A DNA stretch of 64,000 nt from Aulosira sp. ZfuVER01 (GCA_034530615.2 JAVRCV020000022.1:1-64000); one strand, 5' to 3'. Positions 48,967 through 61,218 are shown, counted from the stretch's first letter. Numbers and translations: made by a program. The notes: generated by a model not told the origin, from the sequence alone.

Positions 48967-50511
48967 TTAGTAACGATACTCAATTGCTGTAACGAAGTTC
49001 CCATCTACGCAGATTTTTTTAACGCAGCCATTGAGGATTGCTCTTTTATCTTGAGCATTAAGTCCTTGCCAGTAACTTTTATTTGCAAAAGCCCTTATAA
49101 TGCGTTCCTTCGCAATCAAGGATTCTCTGGATGCATTATTGATTGCTCCCAGTGCGATCGCAATTTGTTCTTTGAGATCATTTTTGATTTGTTCGATGGC
49201 TGAACTTGGTGGTAAGGTTTCCAGATTATTCAGCGATGCGCGGAGAGTTTTGACTTCTGGGGGTTCCTCTACAATAGGTGGCTCATCTGTTTCCACCAAG
49301 TTCGCTAACCTTTCGGCTTCTTGTGCCAATAAATCTACCACTTGGATATCTAATATTTTTGATGAAATCATAGTTTTATTGCTACAGTTGCCAGCTTTAT
49401 ACAAACGGCACTGAAAATAATAGATAGCTTGTCCCTGCTTATCTACTCGTTTTGCATGGCGCGTCATTGAACCTCCACAATGAGCGCATTTGATTAAATT
49501 AGAAAATGGGTTGATTTCGTTATCTTCTCTGGAAGCCCATCGGTTATGACGATTACTGCGGATCGTTTGTTTTATTTGCTCGTGTTCGGCGCAAGTAATG
49601 ATGGCTTCATCGTCGTGGGTTCCCCATTTTACCTTCCACTCATCAAAATGTTTGCGCTTTCCCTTTGATTTCACATAAGTATCAAAAGGTAAGCCTCCTG
49701 CATAGACAGGGTTGACTAATAATGCTTTTAAACCTGGAATTGACCATCTCAATCCAGACCAAGGATAACGCAAGGGGTGGTTAGCTTTAGCTGGTGTAAA
49801 TACAATTGTATCTAAGTCGTCATCGCTGATAATTCGTGAAGATTTCTCTGGTTTATGCCAATCAAAAGCTTTTGTTTCTATGCCAAAATCTGAGTGCAAT
49901 TTACGAACGGTAGCCGCAACGGAACCACACTCAAAAAAAGTATTAAAAATATATCGAGCTACGTCAGATACAGTTAACTCTCTTCGCTCTTCTAACAAGC
50001 AAACGCATGGTGAATCATCGCGGACATATTTATCGTTGTGGATGCGGTATCCTAATGGCGCAACTCGGTGACTTTTTCCTTGAGTTACACGATGACGGCG
50101 TTCGCTCTTTAACCTCTCCGTCACCATTTTGACCTCAAATTTGGCAGCAGCAAGCAACATATCAATAGTTAATTCTCCGCCCAAACTGTCTGGATCGACT
50201 CCTTGATCTAAAGCGATGAGTTTAATTCCTTTGGAACGCAATACTTCCAACAATGAATAAAACAACCTTGATGATGAACCAATGCGATCAATCCGGGTAA
50301 ATTGCAGAGATACTATCTTACCCTTTGCAGATGTCTTCAAGTCATTGATTAATTGTTGTAGTCCTTCCCTGACTTCGGTTGTCCGTGACTGAATATCCCA
50401 GTATACTTTTGAACAACCAGCATTTTGCAAGCGTTCTATTTGTTTACGCAACGCACCTTTATCTGTTTGCTGCTCCTCACCGCTGACCCTTGCGTAACCC
50501 CAACTTTCCAT
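48967..50511 (-). CDS. xisF: fdxN element excision serine recombinase XisF
   Basis: MESWGYARVSGEEQQTDKGALRKQIERL N-terminus; 514 aa; start 48 bp from the right recombination site. Confidence 0.96.
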   Translation of the reverse strand: MESWGYARVSGEEQQTDKGALRKQIERLQNAGCSKVYWDIQSRTTEVREGLQQLINDLKTSAKGKIVSLQFTRIDRIGSSSRLFYSLLEVLRSKGIKLIALDQGVDPDSLGGELTIDMLLAAAKFEVKMVTERLKSERRHRVTQGKSHRVAPLGYRIHNDKYVRDDSPCVCLLEERRELTVSDVARYIFNTFFECGSVAATVRKLHSDFGIETKAFDWHKPEKSSRIISDDDLDTIVFTPAKANHPLRYPWSGLRWSIPGLKALLVNPVYAGGLPFDTYVKSKGKRKHFDEWKVKWGTHDDEAIITCAEHEQIKQTIRSNRHNRWASREDNEINPFSNLIKCAHCGGSMTRHAKRVDKQGQAIYYFQCRLYKAGNCSNKTMISSKILDIQVVDLLAQEAERLANLVETDEPPIVEEPPEVKTLRASLNNLETLPPSSAIEQIKNDLKEQIAIALGAINNASRESLIAKERIIRAFANKSYWQGLNAQDKRAILNGCVKKICVDGNFVTAIEYRY

Positions 50512-50558
50512 AACAGCGCATAGACACAACCTTTATTATATTTGATAGAGGATACTTC

Positions 50559-50624
50559 TATTCTCAGAAATTCTCTGAGCAGTTGCAAAAGCGTCAGCCC
50601 CAAGTGATAGAAGCAAAAGCATAA
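50559..50624 (+). CDS. fdxN: FdxN 3' part (YSQKFSEQLQKRQPQVIEAKA*)
   Basis: In frame with the 5' part after recombination at TATTCTCAGAA; directly upstream of nifS. Confidence 0.85.
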   Translation, partial: YSQKFSEQLQKRQPQVIEAKA

Positions 50625-50778
50625 TATAGAGGCCCTTTGGGATGCTTGCCGCAACCTAGGATGAAGCCAGATAATTAGGCTTCATCCTACAGTCCGACGA
50701 ACGCCCTACAGACTTCACACTTCATATTATTGGTATTACCTCAAAATTTTGGCTCTTATCTCATCAAAATTGGAAGCA

Positions 50779-51987
50779 ATGCAAAATAGCTGCATTTATC
50801 TCGATAATAATGCCACCACTAAGGTAGACCCAGAAGTTGTAGAGGCGATGCTGCCCTACTTAACTGAATATTACGGCAATCCTTCTAGTATGCACACCTT
50901 CGGTGGGCAAGTTGGCAAAGCGGTGAAAACAGCAAGAGAACAACTTGCAGCCCTTTTGGGAGCCGATGAATCGGAAATTGTCTACACTAGTTGCGGAACT
51001 GAAGGCGATAACGCCGCCATTCGCGCCGCACTGTTGGCGCAACCAGACAAGCGACACATTATTACTACCCAGGTTGAACACCCCGCAGTACTGAATGTCT
51101 GCAAACAATTAGAAACCCAAGGTTATAGTGTTACCTATCTTTCGGTAAATGGTCAGGGACAGATAGATCTAAATGAACTAGAAGCTTCTTTGACTGGTAA
51201 CACCGCCTTGGTGACAATTATGTATGCCAATAACGAAACTGGCGTGGTTTTTCCAATCGAGCAGATTGGATTGCGAGCAAAAGAATATGGCGCTTTATTC
51301 CACGTCGATGCGGTGCAAGCAGTAGGGAAAATTCCCTTAAATATGAAGACTAGCACCGTAGATATGTTGACACTATCCGGTCACAAGATTCACGCACCCA
51401 AAGGAATTGGGGCTTTGTATGTCCGACGCGGGGTGAGATTCCGTCCCTTATTGATTGGTGGACACCAAGAACGTGGTCGCCGTGCGGGAACAGAGAACGT
51501 TCCAGGAATTATTGCTCTCGGCAAAGCTGCCGAATTGGAACTGTTGCATTTAGAAGAGGCGATCAAGAGAGAAAAAAGGCTGCGCGATCGCCTAGAAAAA
51601 ACCTTACTTGCTACAATTCCTGAGTGTGAAGTTAACGGCGATATTACGCAGAGATTGCCAAACACCACTAACATCGGCTTCAAGTATATCGAAGGTGAAG
51701 CCATCTTACTCTCCCTGAATAAATACGGTATCTGTGCCTCATCTGGTTCTGCTTGTACCTCTGGCTCTTTGGAACCTTCCCACGTATTACGGGCAATGGG
51801 CTTACCCTACACCACCTTGCATGGTTCCATCCGCTTTAGCCTCTGTCGCTACACCACAGACGCCGAAATCGACCAAGTAATTGCAGTGATGCCGGAGATT
51901 GTAGAACGTTTGCGTGCCCTGTCGCCCTTCAAGAATGATGAAGCGGGTTGGCTGCAAGCGCAAGAACAAACACTGGCTCATCGCTAA
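50779..51987 (+). CDS. nifS: Cysteine desulfurase NifS
   Basis: YLDNNATT, SGHKIH (PLP Lys) and SSGSACTS motifs. Confidence 0.97.
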   Translation: MQNSCIYLDNNATTKVDPEVVEAMLPYLTEYYGNPSSMHTFGGQVGKAVKTAREQLAALLGADESEIVYTSCGTEGDNAAIRAALLAQPDKRHIITTQVEHPAVLNVCKQLETQGYSVTYLSVNGQGQIDLNELEASLTGNTALVTIMYANNETGVVFPIEQIGLRAKEYGALFHVDAVQAVGKIPLNMKTSTVDMLTLSGHKIHAPKGIGALYVRRGVRFRPLLIGGHQERGRRAGTENVPGIIALGKAAELELLHLEEAIKREKRLRDRLEKTLLATIPECEVNGDITQRLPNTTNIGFKYIEGEAILLSLNKYGICASSGSACTSGSLEPSHVLRAMGLPYTTLHGSIRFSLCRYTTDAEIDQVIAVMPEIVERLRALSPFKNDEAGWLQAQEQTLAHR

Positions 51988-51988
51988 T

Positions 51989-52150
51989 TAGGGAATGGGG
52001 CATGGCGCATGGGGCATAGGAAATAAAACCAATGCCCAATGCCCGATGCCCAATCCCCCAATTCAAAATCCGTCTTGGAAAGTTTGCTCAAGTCGGCAGA
52101 GCCGCCCACGCAACTTTCCGCAAAATCTAAAATCCAAAATCTAAAATCGG
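51989..52150. repeat. STRR heptamer repeats between nifS and nifU
   Basis: GGGGCAT / TGCCCAA and AAAATC(T/C) tandem heptamers. Confidence 0.7.
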
Positions 52151-52152
52151 TT

Positions 52153-53064
52153 ATGTGGGACTACACAGATAAAGTATTAGAATTGTTTTACAATCCCAAA
52201 AATCAGGGAGCTATTGAAGAAGCTGAGGAATCTGGAGTGAAGGTAGCCACTGGAGAGGTAGGTAGCATTGCTTGTGGTGATGCTCTGAGACTCCACCTGA
52301 AGGTTGAAGTTGCCAGCGATAAGATTCTCGATGCTCGCTTTCAAACTTTTGGTTGCACTAGTGCGATCGCATCTTCCAGCGCTCTCACTGAAATGATCAA
52401 GGGTTTAACCTTGGATGAAGCCTTAAATGTCTCCAATAAAGATATTGCAGATTACTTGGGTGGTTTGCCAGAAGCAAAGATGCATTGCTCTGTGATGGGG
52501 CAAGAAGCGCTAGAAGCGGCTATTTATAATTATCGTGGCATTCCCCTAGCTGCCCATGATGACGATGATGAAGGCGCACTCATTTGTAGTTGCTTTGGTA
52601 TCAGCGAATCCAAGATTCGGCGCGTGATTTTGGAAAATAACCTTACTGATGCCGAGCAAGTAACAAACTACGTCAAAGCTGGTGGCGGATGCGGTTCTTG
52701 TCTAGCAAACATTGATGATATTATTAAAGATGTACAGCAACAAGCCGCAACACCTGCAATCAATAACTATGGTGTGAAAGTTGCAACCGATATTGCTACT
52801 GCTAAACAATCACAACGCGCATTAACTAATGTGCAGAAAATCGCACTCATCCAAAAGGTCTTAGATGAAGAAGTCAGACCAGTACTGATTGCTGACGGCG
52901 GCGATGTGGAACTGTACGATGTAGATGGCGATCGCGTTAAGGTTCTACTGCAAGGAGCGTGTGGTTCTTGTTCTAGCAGCACAGCAACTCTCAAGATTGC
53001 CATAGAAGCCAGGTTGCAGGATCGAGTCAGTAAGAACCTGATAGTAGAAGCGGTTGAGCCATAA
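52153..53064 (+). CDS. nifU: Fe-S scaffold NifU
   Basis: MWDYTDKV, GSIACGD, KMHCSVM, CSCFG, GGCGSC and GACGSC motifs. Confidence 0.97.
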   Translation: MWDYTDKVLELFYNPKNQGAIEEAEESGVKVATGEVGSIACGDALRLHLKVEVASDKILDARFQTFGCTSAIASSSALTEMIKGLTLDEALNVSNKDIADYLGGLPEAKMHCSVMGQEALEAAIYNYRGIPLAAHDDDDEGALICSCFGISESKIRRVILENNLTDAEQVTNYVKAGGGCGSCLANIDDIIKDVQQQAATPAINNYGVKVATDIATAKQSQRALTNVQKIALIQKVLDEEVRPVLIADGGDVELYDVDGDRVKVLLQGACGSCSSSTATLKIAIEARLQDRVSKNLIVEAVEP

Positions 53065-53260
53065 CTCTAGATTTTACGCACTGCCCAAATACTTCCTCAT
53101 GTGCATCAGCTACGACACAGAAAGTAGGATTTGACTCCTAAAATTCGCTTCGCATCAATAATTCAGTCCTACAGACAACAGACAGCTAAAGCACATAGGC
53201 AAGGTATTCAACGCCTAATTGCGAATTCCATAATCCAACTCGCTTCAAAGGAATAAGGAT

Positions 53261-53617
53261 ATGAGCGCACTCTACGAAAAAATTGGCGGACAAGCAACTC
53301 TCGATAAAATAGTTGCAGATTTGCACAAACGCATTCAAGCAGACAGCAGCGTGAATACATTCTTCGCTAAGACAGATATGGCGAAGCAACGCGGTCACTT
53401 TGTTGCTTTTGTATCTCAGTTACTTGAGGGACCAAAGCAATATGCCGGTCGACCAATGGACAAAACCCACACAGGTATGAATATACAGCCCCAACACTTC
53501 GATGCAGTTGCAAAACACCTGAGTGATGCAATGGCTGCAAATGGAGTGGCTGCTGATGACATCAGCGCTGCAATGGCTCGCGTCGCCAATGTTAAAGGCG
53601 CTATTTTGAACAAGTAA
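53261..53617 (+). CDS. glbN: Cyanoglobin (group I truncated haemoglobin)
   Basis: LYEKIGG, FF..TDM.KQR.H, GP..Y.GR.M...H; 118 aa; nifU-nifH position known from Nostoc. Confidence 0.93.
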   Translation: MSALYEKIGGQATLDKIVADLHKRIQADSSVNTFFAKTDMAKQRGHFVAFVSQLLEGPKQYAGRPMDKTHTGMNIQPQHFDAVAKHLSDAMAANGVAADDISAAMARVANVKGAILNK

Positions 53618-53671
53618 TTGGACTTGAGGATTGATAGTGAAAGCAGACATCAGTCAAGTCCTACTGGGTAA

Positions 53672-54802
<1,131 letters not shown>

Positions 54803-54954
54803 ACCATGTTTTAGGAAAAGGGAATACCTGCATCACTTCCCTTTTACCTTTGATCTAACTTTTATCCCCCACGGGGACTTAGAGTCCCCAACCCCATAGG
54901 GGAAATCCCCTTCCCTGACTATCCCGGTTCCTTAGGAGCAAGAGAGACTTAAAG

Positions 54955-56317
54955 ATGACTCCTCCAGAAAACAACAACATCATTGAAGAAAGAAAAGAAC
55001 TAATTAAAGAAGTTCTCAACGCCTATCCCGAAAAAGCAGCGAAAAAACGGGAAAAGCACTTAAACGTATACGAAGAAGGTAAGTCCGACTGCGGCGTTAA
55101 GTCTAACATTAAGTCCCTTCCTGGTGTAATGACCGCCCGTGGTTGTGCTTATGCAGGTTCCAAGGGTGTGGTTTGGGGTCCTATTAAGGACATGATCCAC
55201 ATCAGCCACGGGCCTGTTGGTTGCGGTTACTGGTCTTGGTCTGGTCGTCGTAACTACTACATTGGTACAACTGGTGTTGACACCTTTGGTACCATGCACT
55301 TCACCTCCGACTTCCAAGAACGTGACATCGTTTTCGGTGGTGACAAGAAACTATTTAAGCTGATTCAAGAACTCGAAGTTCTCTTCCCTCTCAGCCGTGG
55401 TGTTTCTATTCAATCTGAATGTCCCATCGGTTTGATTGGGGATGACATCGAAGCAGTTGCTAAGAAAGCTGCGAAAGAAATTAACAAGCCTGTTGTACCT
55501 GTACGTTGCGAAGGCTTCCGTGGTGTTTCTCAGTCCTTGGGTCACCACATCGCTAACGACATGATCCGTGACTGGGTATTCCCCAGAGCAGATCAAGCCA
55601 AGAAAGATGGCACACTCAAGTTTGAAGGTACTCCTTATGATGTAGCCATCATTGGTGACTACAACATCGGTGGTGATGCTTGGGCTAGCCGCATCCTCTT
55701 AGAAGAAATCGGCTTGCGCGTAGTCGCTCAGTGGTCTGGTGACGGTACTATCAACGAAATGTTGATGACCCCCAATGTGAAGATGAACCTCATCCACTGT
55801 TATCGGTCGATGAACTACATCAGCCGTCACATGGAAGAAAAATATGGTATTCCCTGGTTGGAATACAATTTCTTTGGTCCTACCAAGATTGCTGAATCTT
55901 TACGGGAAATTGCTTCTAAATTTGACTCGAAGATCCAAGAAAACGCTGAGAAGGTTATTGCTAAGTATCAGCCGACAATGGATGCGATCGTTAAGAAGTA
56001 TCGCCCCCGTTTGGAAGGTAAGACCGTCGCTATGATGGTTGGTGGTTTGCGTCCTCGCCACGTTGTACCCGCTTTCCAAGATTTGGGTATGAAGATGATT
56101 GGTACAGGTTATGAGTTCGCTCATAATGACGACTACAAACGTACGACTCACTACATCGAAAACGGCACCATCGTTTATGACGACGTTACCGCTTACGAAT
56201 TTGAAGAGTTTGTTAAAGCACTCAAGCCAGATTTGATTGCTTCCGGTGTGAAAGAGAAGTACGTCTTCCAAAAGATGGGTCTTCCTTTCCGTCAAATGCA
56301 CTCTTGGGATTACTCCG
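54955..56317 (+). CDS. nifD: Nitrogenase MoFe protein alpha chain, 5' part (interrupted)
   Basis: RGCAYAG, HGPVGC, SECPIG and [10 protein letters not shown], after which homology is lost at the GGATTACTCCG site. Confidence 0.97.
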
Positions 56318-56642
56318 AACCTAGCGATCGCCCTTAGAACTCTCGATTCTAGCAGGTTTTTTGGTGGCGGTAGAAAAAAGCTTCTATTTATAGCCTAAAT
56401 GCAAGTTGCAGCGTTATCGACTAACAATCTTTTTTGATACTTTAGACAATACAAATCTTATTCTGTATGGTTTTGAGATTTTGCTTGCATGAGTTTTAAA
56501 GGAAAACTGTTAAATTAAAAACTATTTTGAATGACATTTTTTAGATTAAATGATGCGAGCGCTACTCATTTGGGTTGTTAACCTGCGGTTTATCATAATT
56601 TATTTTGCAATCAGGTTTTCAGAATTTTTACCAGAATTTGGT

Positions 56643-58799
56643 TTATTCTACATCTTCACTTAGACCTTCGAGAAAGGCGATCGCTCCTTTACCCCAAACA
56701 CTCTGTTCAACAAAATGTTCTCCCATTTTGAATGTCGCTTTTTTACCACCATTCCAGAGGCGTTTAAGATTGAGAAGGCTTTGCCAACGCTTTGGGTCTT
56801 TAGCTTCAATAAGTTTAGCTTCTACATCAATTATTTGTGTGACAGCAGCTTCATCATTTAGTTTAGGGTATTTGGTTTGAAGACTGTCAATAAATTGTTT
56901 AAATTCAGAGAACAGGATATCAAAGTTTTGCTCAGTAATCTGGTTATTCTGTGTGACAAGCTGATTTTGTTGAACAGTGTCAGCTATGCCGCCTACATAG
57001 GCATTACGTAAATCATATTTGGGTGCTTCTGCCATTTTTCCTATCCTCTCTATTAATTTATCTATCTGTCCTTTTTGGTCATCAATCTGCCGACGTTGAG
57101 CGTGATTCTCTCCTTCAAGATAGCTAATTTGGTGTACAGCTGCCTGTAAGCGTTGTTCTGCAACAGCACTTTCTGTAGCTTTAAAGGTTCTAGCTACCTC
57201 TAGTTCCGCAGCTTTTGGAATTCCTCCTATTGAAACATTTAACGACTTATCACTTAGCTTAGATAATCCTTTGATTTCAGCCTTAGGATTGTTTTGAAGA
57301 AGTTGAGCAAGAGCAACACGAAAAGCTACAGGATCGCTGCCTGTGTGAAACAGCAAATCGAGAGTATCACCAAATGTTTTATATACTGCTGAAAAATCGC
57401 CATCGGCAAATTCTCCAACAAGAGGACGGCGGCTTTCGGGGGTGCGATCGCTCGAAAGATAAATGAAATCACATTTAACATCATCAAACTTTGTTTCCAA
57501 GTCAATCAGCCAACTTTGAATACAAGCTCCTGTTAAATTAGCACCCCTCAAATTTGCTTGAGAAAGTGTTGTATGAGTCAGATTGGAGTGTGATAAATCT
57601 GCATTTTGCAAGTCTGCTTCATGTAGATTAGCATTAACAAAGCTTGCATTCGATAGATTACAACTGCTTAAGTTTGTAAACCTCAAGTCCATATTATTAA
57701 AAATCCCATACTTTCCCTCCCCTGTAACAGCTATATTGAACACATCAACCTCGTTTTTATCCAAGGAAATAGAGGGAAAATCATAAAAATCACTTTGAAT
57801 AAAACAGTCTCTCCAATTTGTCTGATAGCAACATGCTTCTTCAAATTTAGTTCGGGCTAAATAAGCTCTAGTAAAATTAGCTTTTCTTAAATTAGAACCT
57901 TTGAAAGTTGTATAAATGCTAATATAACCTCCATATAATCCTATAGTCAGCAATATAATCAAAAATGTAACAACCGCTATCATCAAATAGCCAGTGTTAG
58001 ACAAAATATAACCATCTTCTTCATTTATAAGTATAAGATTTTTCGGAAAAATATTATTTGACTCGAGAGATGTCCAGATTGTAAATATGCTAAATAATAA
58101 ACAAAACAAAGGAATTGTAAAAACAAAAATATAGCTTTTTCTACCATCAATATTCCTTAGAATATTGATAGACAATTTTTCTGCTTTTTTCTCATGTGAA
58201 TATCCAAGGAATAAAGAATTAAAAACTCCTAAAAAAACTACGTCTACAATAAATTTCTTGTTGAATAATGAAGATAATTCTTTTTTTTGTGAAAGAAAAT
58301 ATTGTTTGGCGGACTGGACAATATCTCTACTTGATTTTGAAGAAAAGACAACAGATGGAATCTCAATTATAATTGAATGGGCTGTCAAAATGATTGAGAT
58401 GGCAATAAAGAGCACAACTGAACATAAATAACAGATGATGCCTAATCCTACTAAAAAAAGAGTTAGATTAAAAATATCATTAGCACACAAAACTATTATA
58501 TATACCCAAACAATTCCTGAAAAAACTACCCAAGCTTCTTTATAGCCTGCTTTCGCTTTCGTAAAGTCAGCTTCTTCTAGAAAAGAATAGCTGAAATTGG
58601 TACCTCGAATGTCAGCACCAATAAATTTTGTTTGTCTTAAAGTAGCCTTAGTAAAATTTACCCCTCGAAGATTCGCGCCACTAAAATCTGAACCTGACAA
58701 GTCTTTACCCTTAAAAGACAGTCCCCGCAGATCCATACCTCTGAAGGAGCGATCGCGTAGATCCTGAGACAAGAGTTGGGCTTTAAGCTCACGGTTCAT
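56643..58799 (-). CDS. Pentapeptide-repeat membrane protein with C-terminal coiled coil
   Basis: A(D/N)LxG pentapeptides flanking several hydrophobic helices; ANLTGACI..W..D..T motif. Confidence 0.85.
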   Translation of the reverse strand: MNRELKAQLLSQDLRDRSFRGMDLRGLSFKGKDLSGSDFSGANLRGVNFTKATLRQTKFIGADIRGTNFSYSFLEEADFTKAKAGYKEAWVVFSGIVWVYIIVLCANDIFNLTLFLVGLGIICYLCSVVLFIAISIILTAHSIIIEIPSVVFSSKSSRDIVQSAKQYFLSQKKELSSLFNKKFIVDVVFLGVFNSLFLGYSHEKKAEKLSINILRNIDGRKSYIFVFTIPLFCLLFSIFTIWTSLESNNIFPKNLILINEEDGYILSNTGYLMIAVVTFLIILLTIGLYGGYISIYTTFKGSNLRKANFTRAYLARTKFEEACCYQTNWRDCFIQSDFYDFPSISLDKNEVDVFNIAVTGEGKYGIFNNMDLRFTNLSSCNLSNASFVNANLHEADLQNADLSHSNLTHTTLSQANLRGANLTGACIQSWLIDLETKFDDVKCDFIYLSSDRTPESRRPLVGEFADGDFSAVYKTFGDTLDLLFHTGSDPVAFRVALAQLLQNNPKAEIKGLSKLSDKSLNVSIGGIPKAAELEVARTFKATESAVAEQRLQAAVHQISYLEGENHAQRRQIDDQKGQIDKLIERIGKMAEAPKYDLRNAYVGGIADTVQQNQLVTQNNQITEQNFDILFSEFKQFIDSLQTKYPKLNDEAAVTQIIDVEAKLIEAKDPKRWQSLLNLKRLWNGGKKATFKMGEHFVEQSVWGKGAIAFLEGLSEDVE

Positions 58800-59072
58800 G
58801 GGCAGCAAGTTAAGGATCGACCAAGTTTAGGAAGCAGCGTTCAAATAAACTACTAGTTAACAACCATTATTAAAATAATATACAGAAATTTTCCGTTTAA
58901 TTACTTAATTATCCTGCTATCTTGCTGAAATGCTGATGATTGCGTGTTAATAAAATTAATTTACGGGATAGTGCGATCGCGCCTAGTACCTGTTATTAAC
59001 GCTTTGAGGCTCAACCCTCACCAGTAGCTTTCAGCTAAGATATGATACTTGATATTAATTTTTGCCTGATTC

Positions 59073-59735
59073 ATGACAATCTTAACTGTAGAAGGTCTCT
59101 GCTCAGAAGCAGCAATATTTTCAGCCGCAGAGTCTCTACACCCAGAACCCTTACTCTACGGTGTGACTGATGGTAAAGCTGTCGGAACATACTTAGAACA
59201 AAAGTTTAGACTGTATCTCAAAGAGCGATATGAGTTTGTAGAAGGGAATTCTGCAAGCGGGATTGACTTTCCAGGGTTGCTTGTAGATATCAAAGTAACA
59301 AGCATTAGACAACCACAGTCATCCTGTCCTTTCAAGTCAGCACGCCAAAAGATTTTTGGGCTTGGCTACTCGCTGCTGATTTTTGTATACGATAAAACAG
59401 ACAATAGCACCAACCGCACAGCAACCCTAAATATTTTGCATACCATTTACGTGAGTGCTGAAAGAACAGCAGATTTCCAAATGACTCGGGGAATTCGCAA
59501 CATTTTGGCGAATGAGGGTAATAAAGATGATTTAATTGCCTTTATGAGCGATCGCAATTTACCCGTTGATGAAATTGAGGTAGGTAACATCGCCGATGAA
59601 ATACTGATAAATCCGCCTGTACAAGGATTTTTGACTATTTCTAATGCTTTACAATGGCGACTCCAGTATGGAAGAGTAATAGAACGCGCTGGCCAAGAAG
59701 ATGGCATAATTGCTGTTTATAGAATTAGCCCATGA
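59073..59735 (+). CDS. Putative type II restriction endonuclease
   Basis: TDGKAVGTYLE...GIDFP..VDIKVTS PD-(D/E)xK motif; ATGA overlap with the methyltransferase. Confidence 0.75.
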   Translation: MTILTVEGLCSEAAIFSAAESLHPEPLLYGVTDGKAVGTYLEQKFRLYLKERYEFVEGNSASGIDFPGLLVDIKVTSIRQPQSSCPFKSARQKIFGLGYSLLIFVYDKTDNSTNRTATLNILHTIYVSAERTADFQMTRGIRNILANEGNKDDLIAFMSDRNLPVDEIEVGNIADEILINPPVQGFLTISNALQWRLQYGRVIERAGQEDGIIAVYRISP

Positions 59736-61174
59736 CTCGTATTGCACATAAAGCACAAATAGAATATGGAGACTTCCAGACACCACTAGAACTAGCTCAG
59801 AAGGTATGTCAAAAGCTGGTAGAACTTGGTGTTAAGCCAGATGTTATAGTTGAGCCTACCTGTGGAGTGGGTAATTTTCTTGAAGCTGCTTCCTCTTCAT
59901 TTCCATCAGCCAGCAAAATTATCGGTGTTGAAATAAATTCTAATTATCTAGAAGCACTTAAAAGAAAAAGCCAATTTTTGCATGATGAAAGAATTGAAAT
60001 TAAATATGGTAATTTTTTTCAATTTGATTGGTCATCACTAACAAGCCAATTCCAAAAGGAAACATTAGTGCTTGGTAATTTCCCTTGGGTTACCAATTCA
60101 CAGCAGGGTATTATTGGTGGGGGAAATATACCTGAAAAGAGAAATTTTCAAAATCATAGGGGATTAGATGCAATTACTGGTAAGAGTAACTTTGATATAT
60201 CAGAGTGGATGCTAATCCAAGTTGTTCAATGGTTACAGAACCGTAATGCTTACCTTGCTATGCTTTGCAAGACTTCTGTTGCTAGAAAAATATTGGGCTA
60301 CCTTCATGCTAAAAAATTAAATGTTGCTTATTGTGCGACTTACAAAATAGATGCTAAAAAATATTTTGATGCAACCGTTGAAGCTTGTTTGTTGTTCTGT
60401 AAATTTGATTTAAATTCAAAAAATTATTTTTGTGATGTATTCAGTAACTTTGAAAGTTCAGATTATTATCGAATAGGATATCGAAATAATATTCTTGTTA
60501 AAAATCTAACAAGTTTTGAAAACTTAAAATACTTATATAATGTAAAATCTGAAACAAGGTGGCGTTCTGGTATTAAGCATGATTGCGCGAGTGTGATGGA
60601 ATTTTGCAAAGTGAATAATACTCTCATCAATGGATTAGGAGAATCTGTTGATATTGAAGAAACCTATGTTTTCCCTTTACTTAAAGGTTCTTATGTTGCC
60701 CAGAACCAAGTACAGGCTACTGACAGATATATTTTAGTTACCCAGAAATTTGTTGGTGAATCTACTGAACATATAAAAGATTCGGCTCCTAAAACATGGA
60801 GCTATCTGGAAAGTCATGCAAAATATCTAGATAAAAGAAAAAGTAAGATTTATCAAAATAATCCTCGATTTTCTATTTTTGGTGTCGGTTCATATACTTT
60901 TGCACCCTGGAAGATTGCAATTTGTGGACTTTACAAGAAATTAGATTTTAGATTGATAAGTCACATAGAAGCAAAACCTGCGGTTTGTGATGATACTATT
61001 TACTTCCTCAGCTTTGATGATGAGCAAGTTGCATATAAAAATTTTCAACTTTTAAGTTCTTCCTTAGCGAAAGAATTTTACTCTTCTTTAATATTTTGGG
61101 ATGAAAAGCGTCCAATCAAGTCCAGTATTTTAAATTGCTTAAATTTGACTGACTTAAGCGAAGCAAGATTTTAA
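59732..61174 (+). CDS. Amino-DNA methyltransferase (gamma-type motif order)
   Basis: YGDFQTP, motif I VEPTCGVGNF, motif IV variant GNFPW. Confidence 0.85.
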   Translation: MTRIAHKAQIEYGDFQTPLELAQKVCQKLVELGVKPDVIVEPTCGVGNFLEAASSSFPSASKIIGVEINSNYLEALKRKSQFLHDERIEIKYGNFFQFDWSSLTSQFQKETLVLGNFPWVTNSQQGIIGGGNIPEKRNFQNHRGLDAITGKSNFDISEWMLIQVVQWLQNRNAYLAMLCKTSVARKILGYLHAKKLNVAYCATYKIDAKKYFDATVEACLLFCKFDLNSKNYFCDVFSNFESSDYYRIGYRNNILVKNLTSFENLKYLYNVKSETRWRSGIKHDCASVMEFCKVNNTLINGLGESVDIEETYVFPLLKGSYVAQNQVQATDRYILVTQKFVGESTEHIKDSAPKTWSYLESHAKYLDKRKSKIYQNNPRFSIFGVGSYTFAPWKIAICGLYKKLDFRLISHIEAKPAVCDDTIYFLSFDDEQVAYKNFQLLSSSLAKEFYSSLIFWDEKRPIKSSILNCLNLTDLSEARF

Positions 61175-61218
61175 TTTGATAGTTAAAACTGCGATCGCCT
61201 GACTCTCAAAGCCTGACA

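Larger units (their letters stand above)
10908..50569. mobile_element. fdxN excision element (39,651 bp between repeat starts), XisF serine-recombinase type
   Basis: 11-bp direct repeat TATTCTCAGAA at 10908-10918 and 50559-50569; xisF adjacent to the right site; joining restores the fdxN frame; predicted circle junction is dyad-symmetric. Confidence 0.95.
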
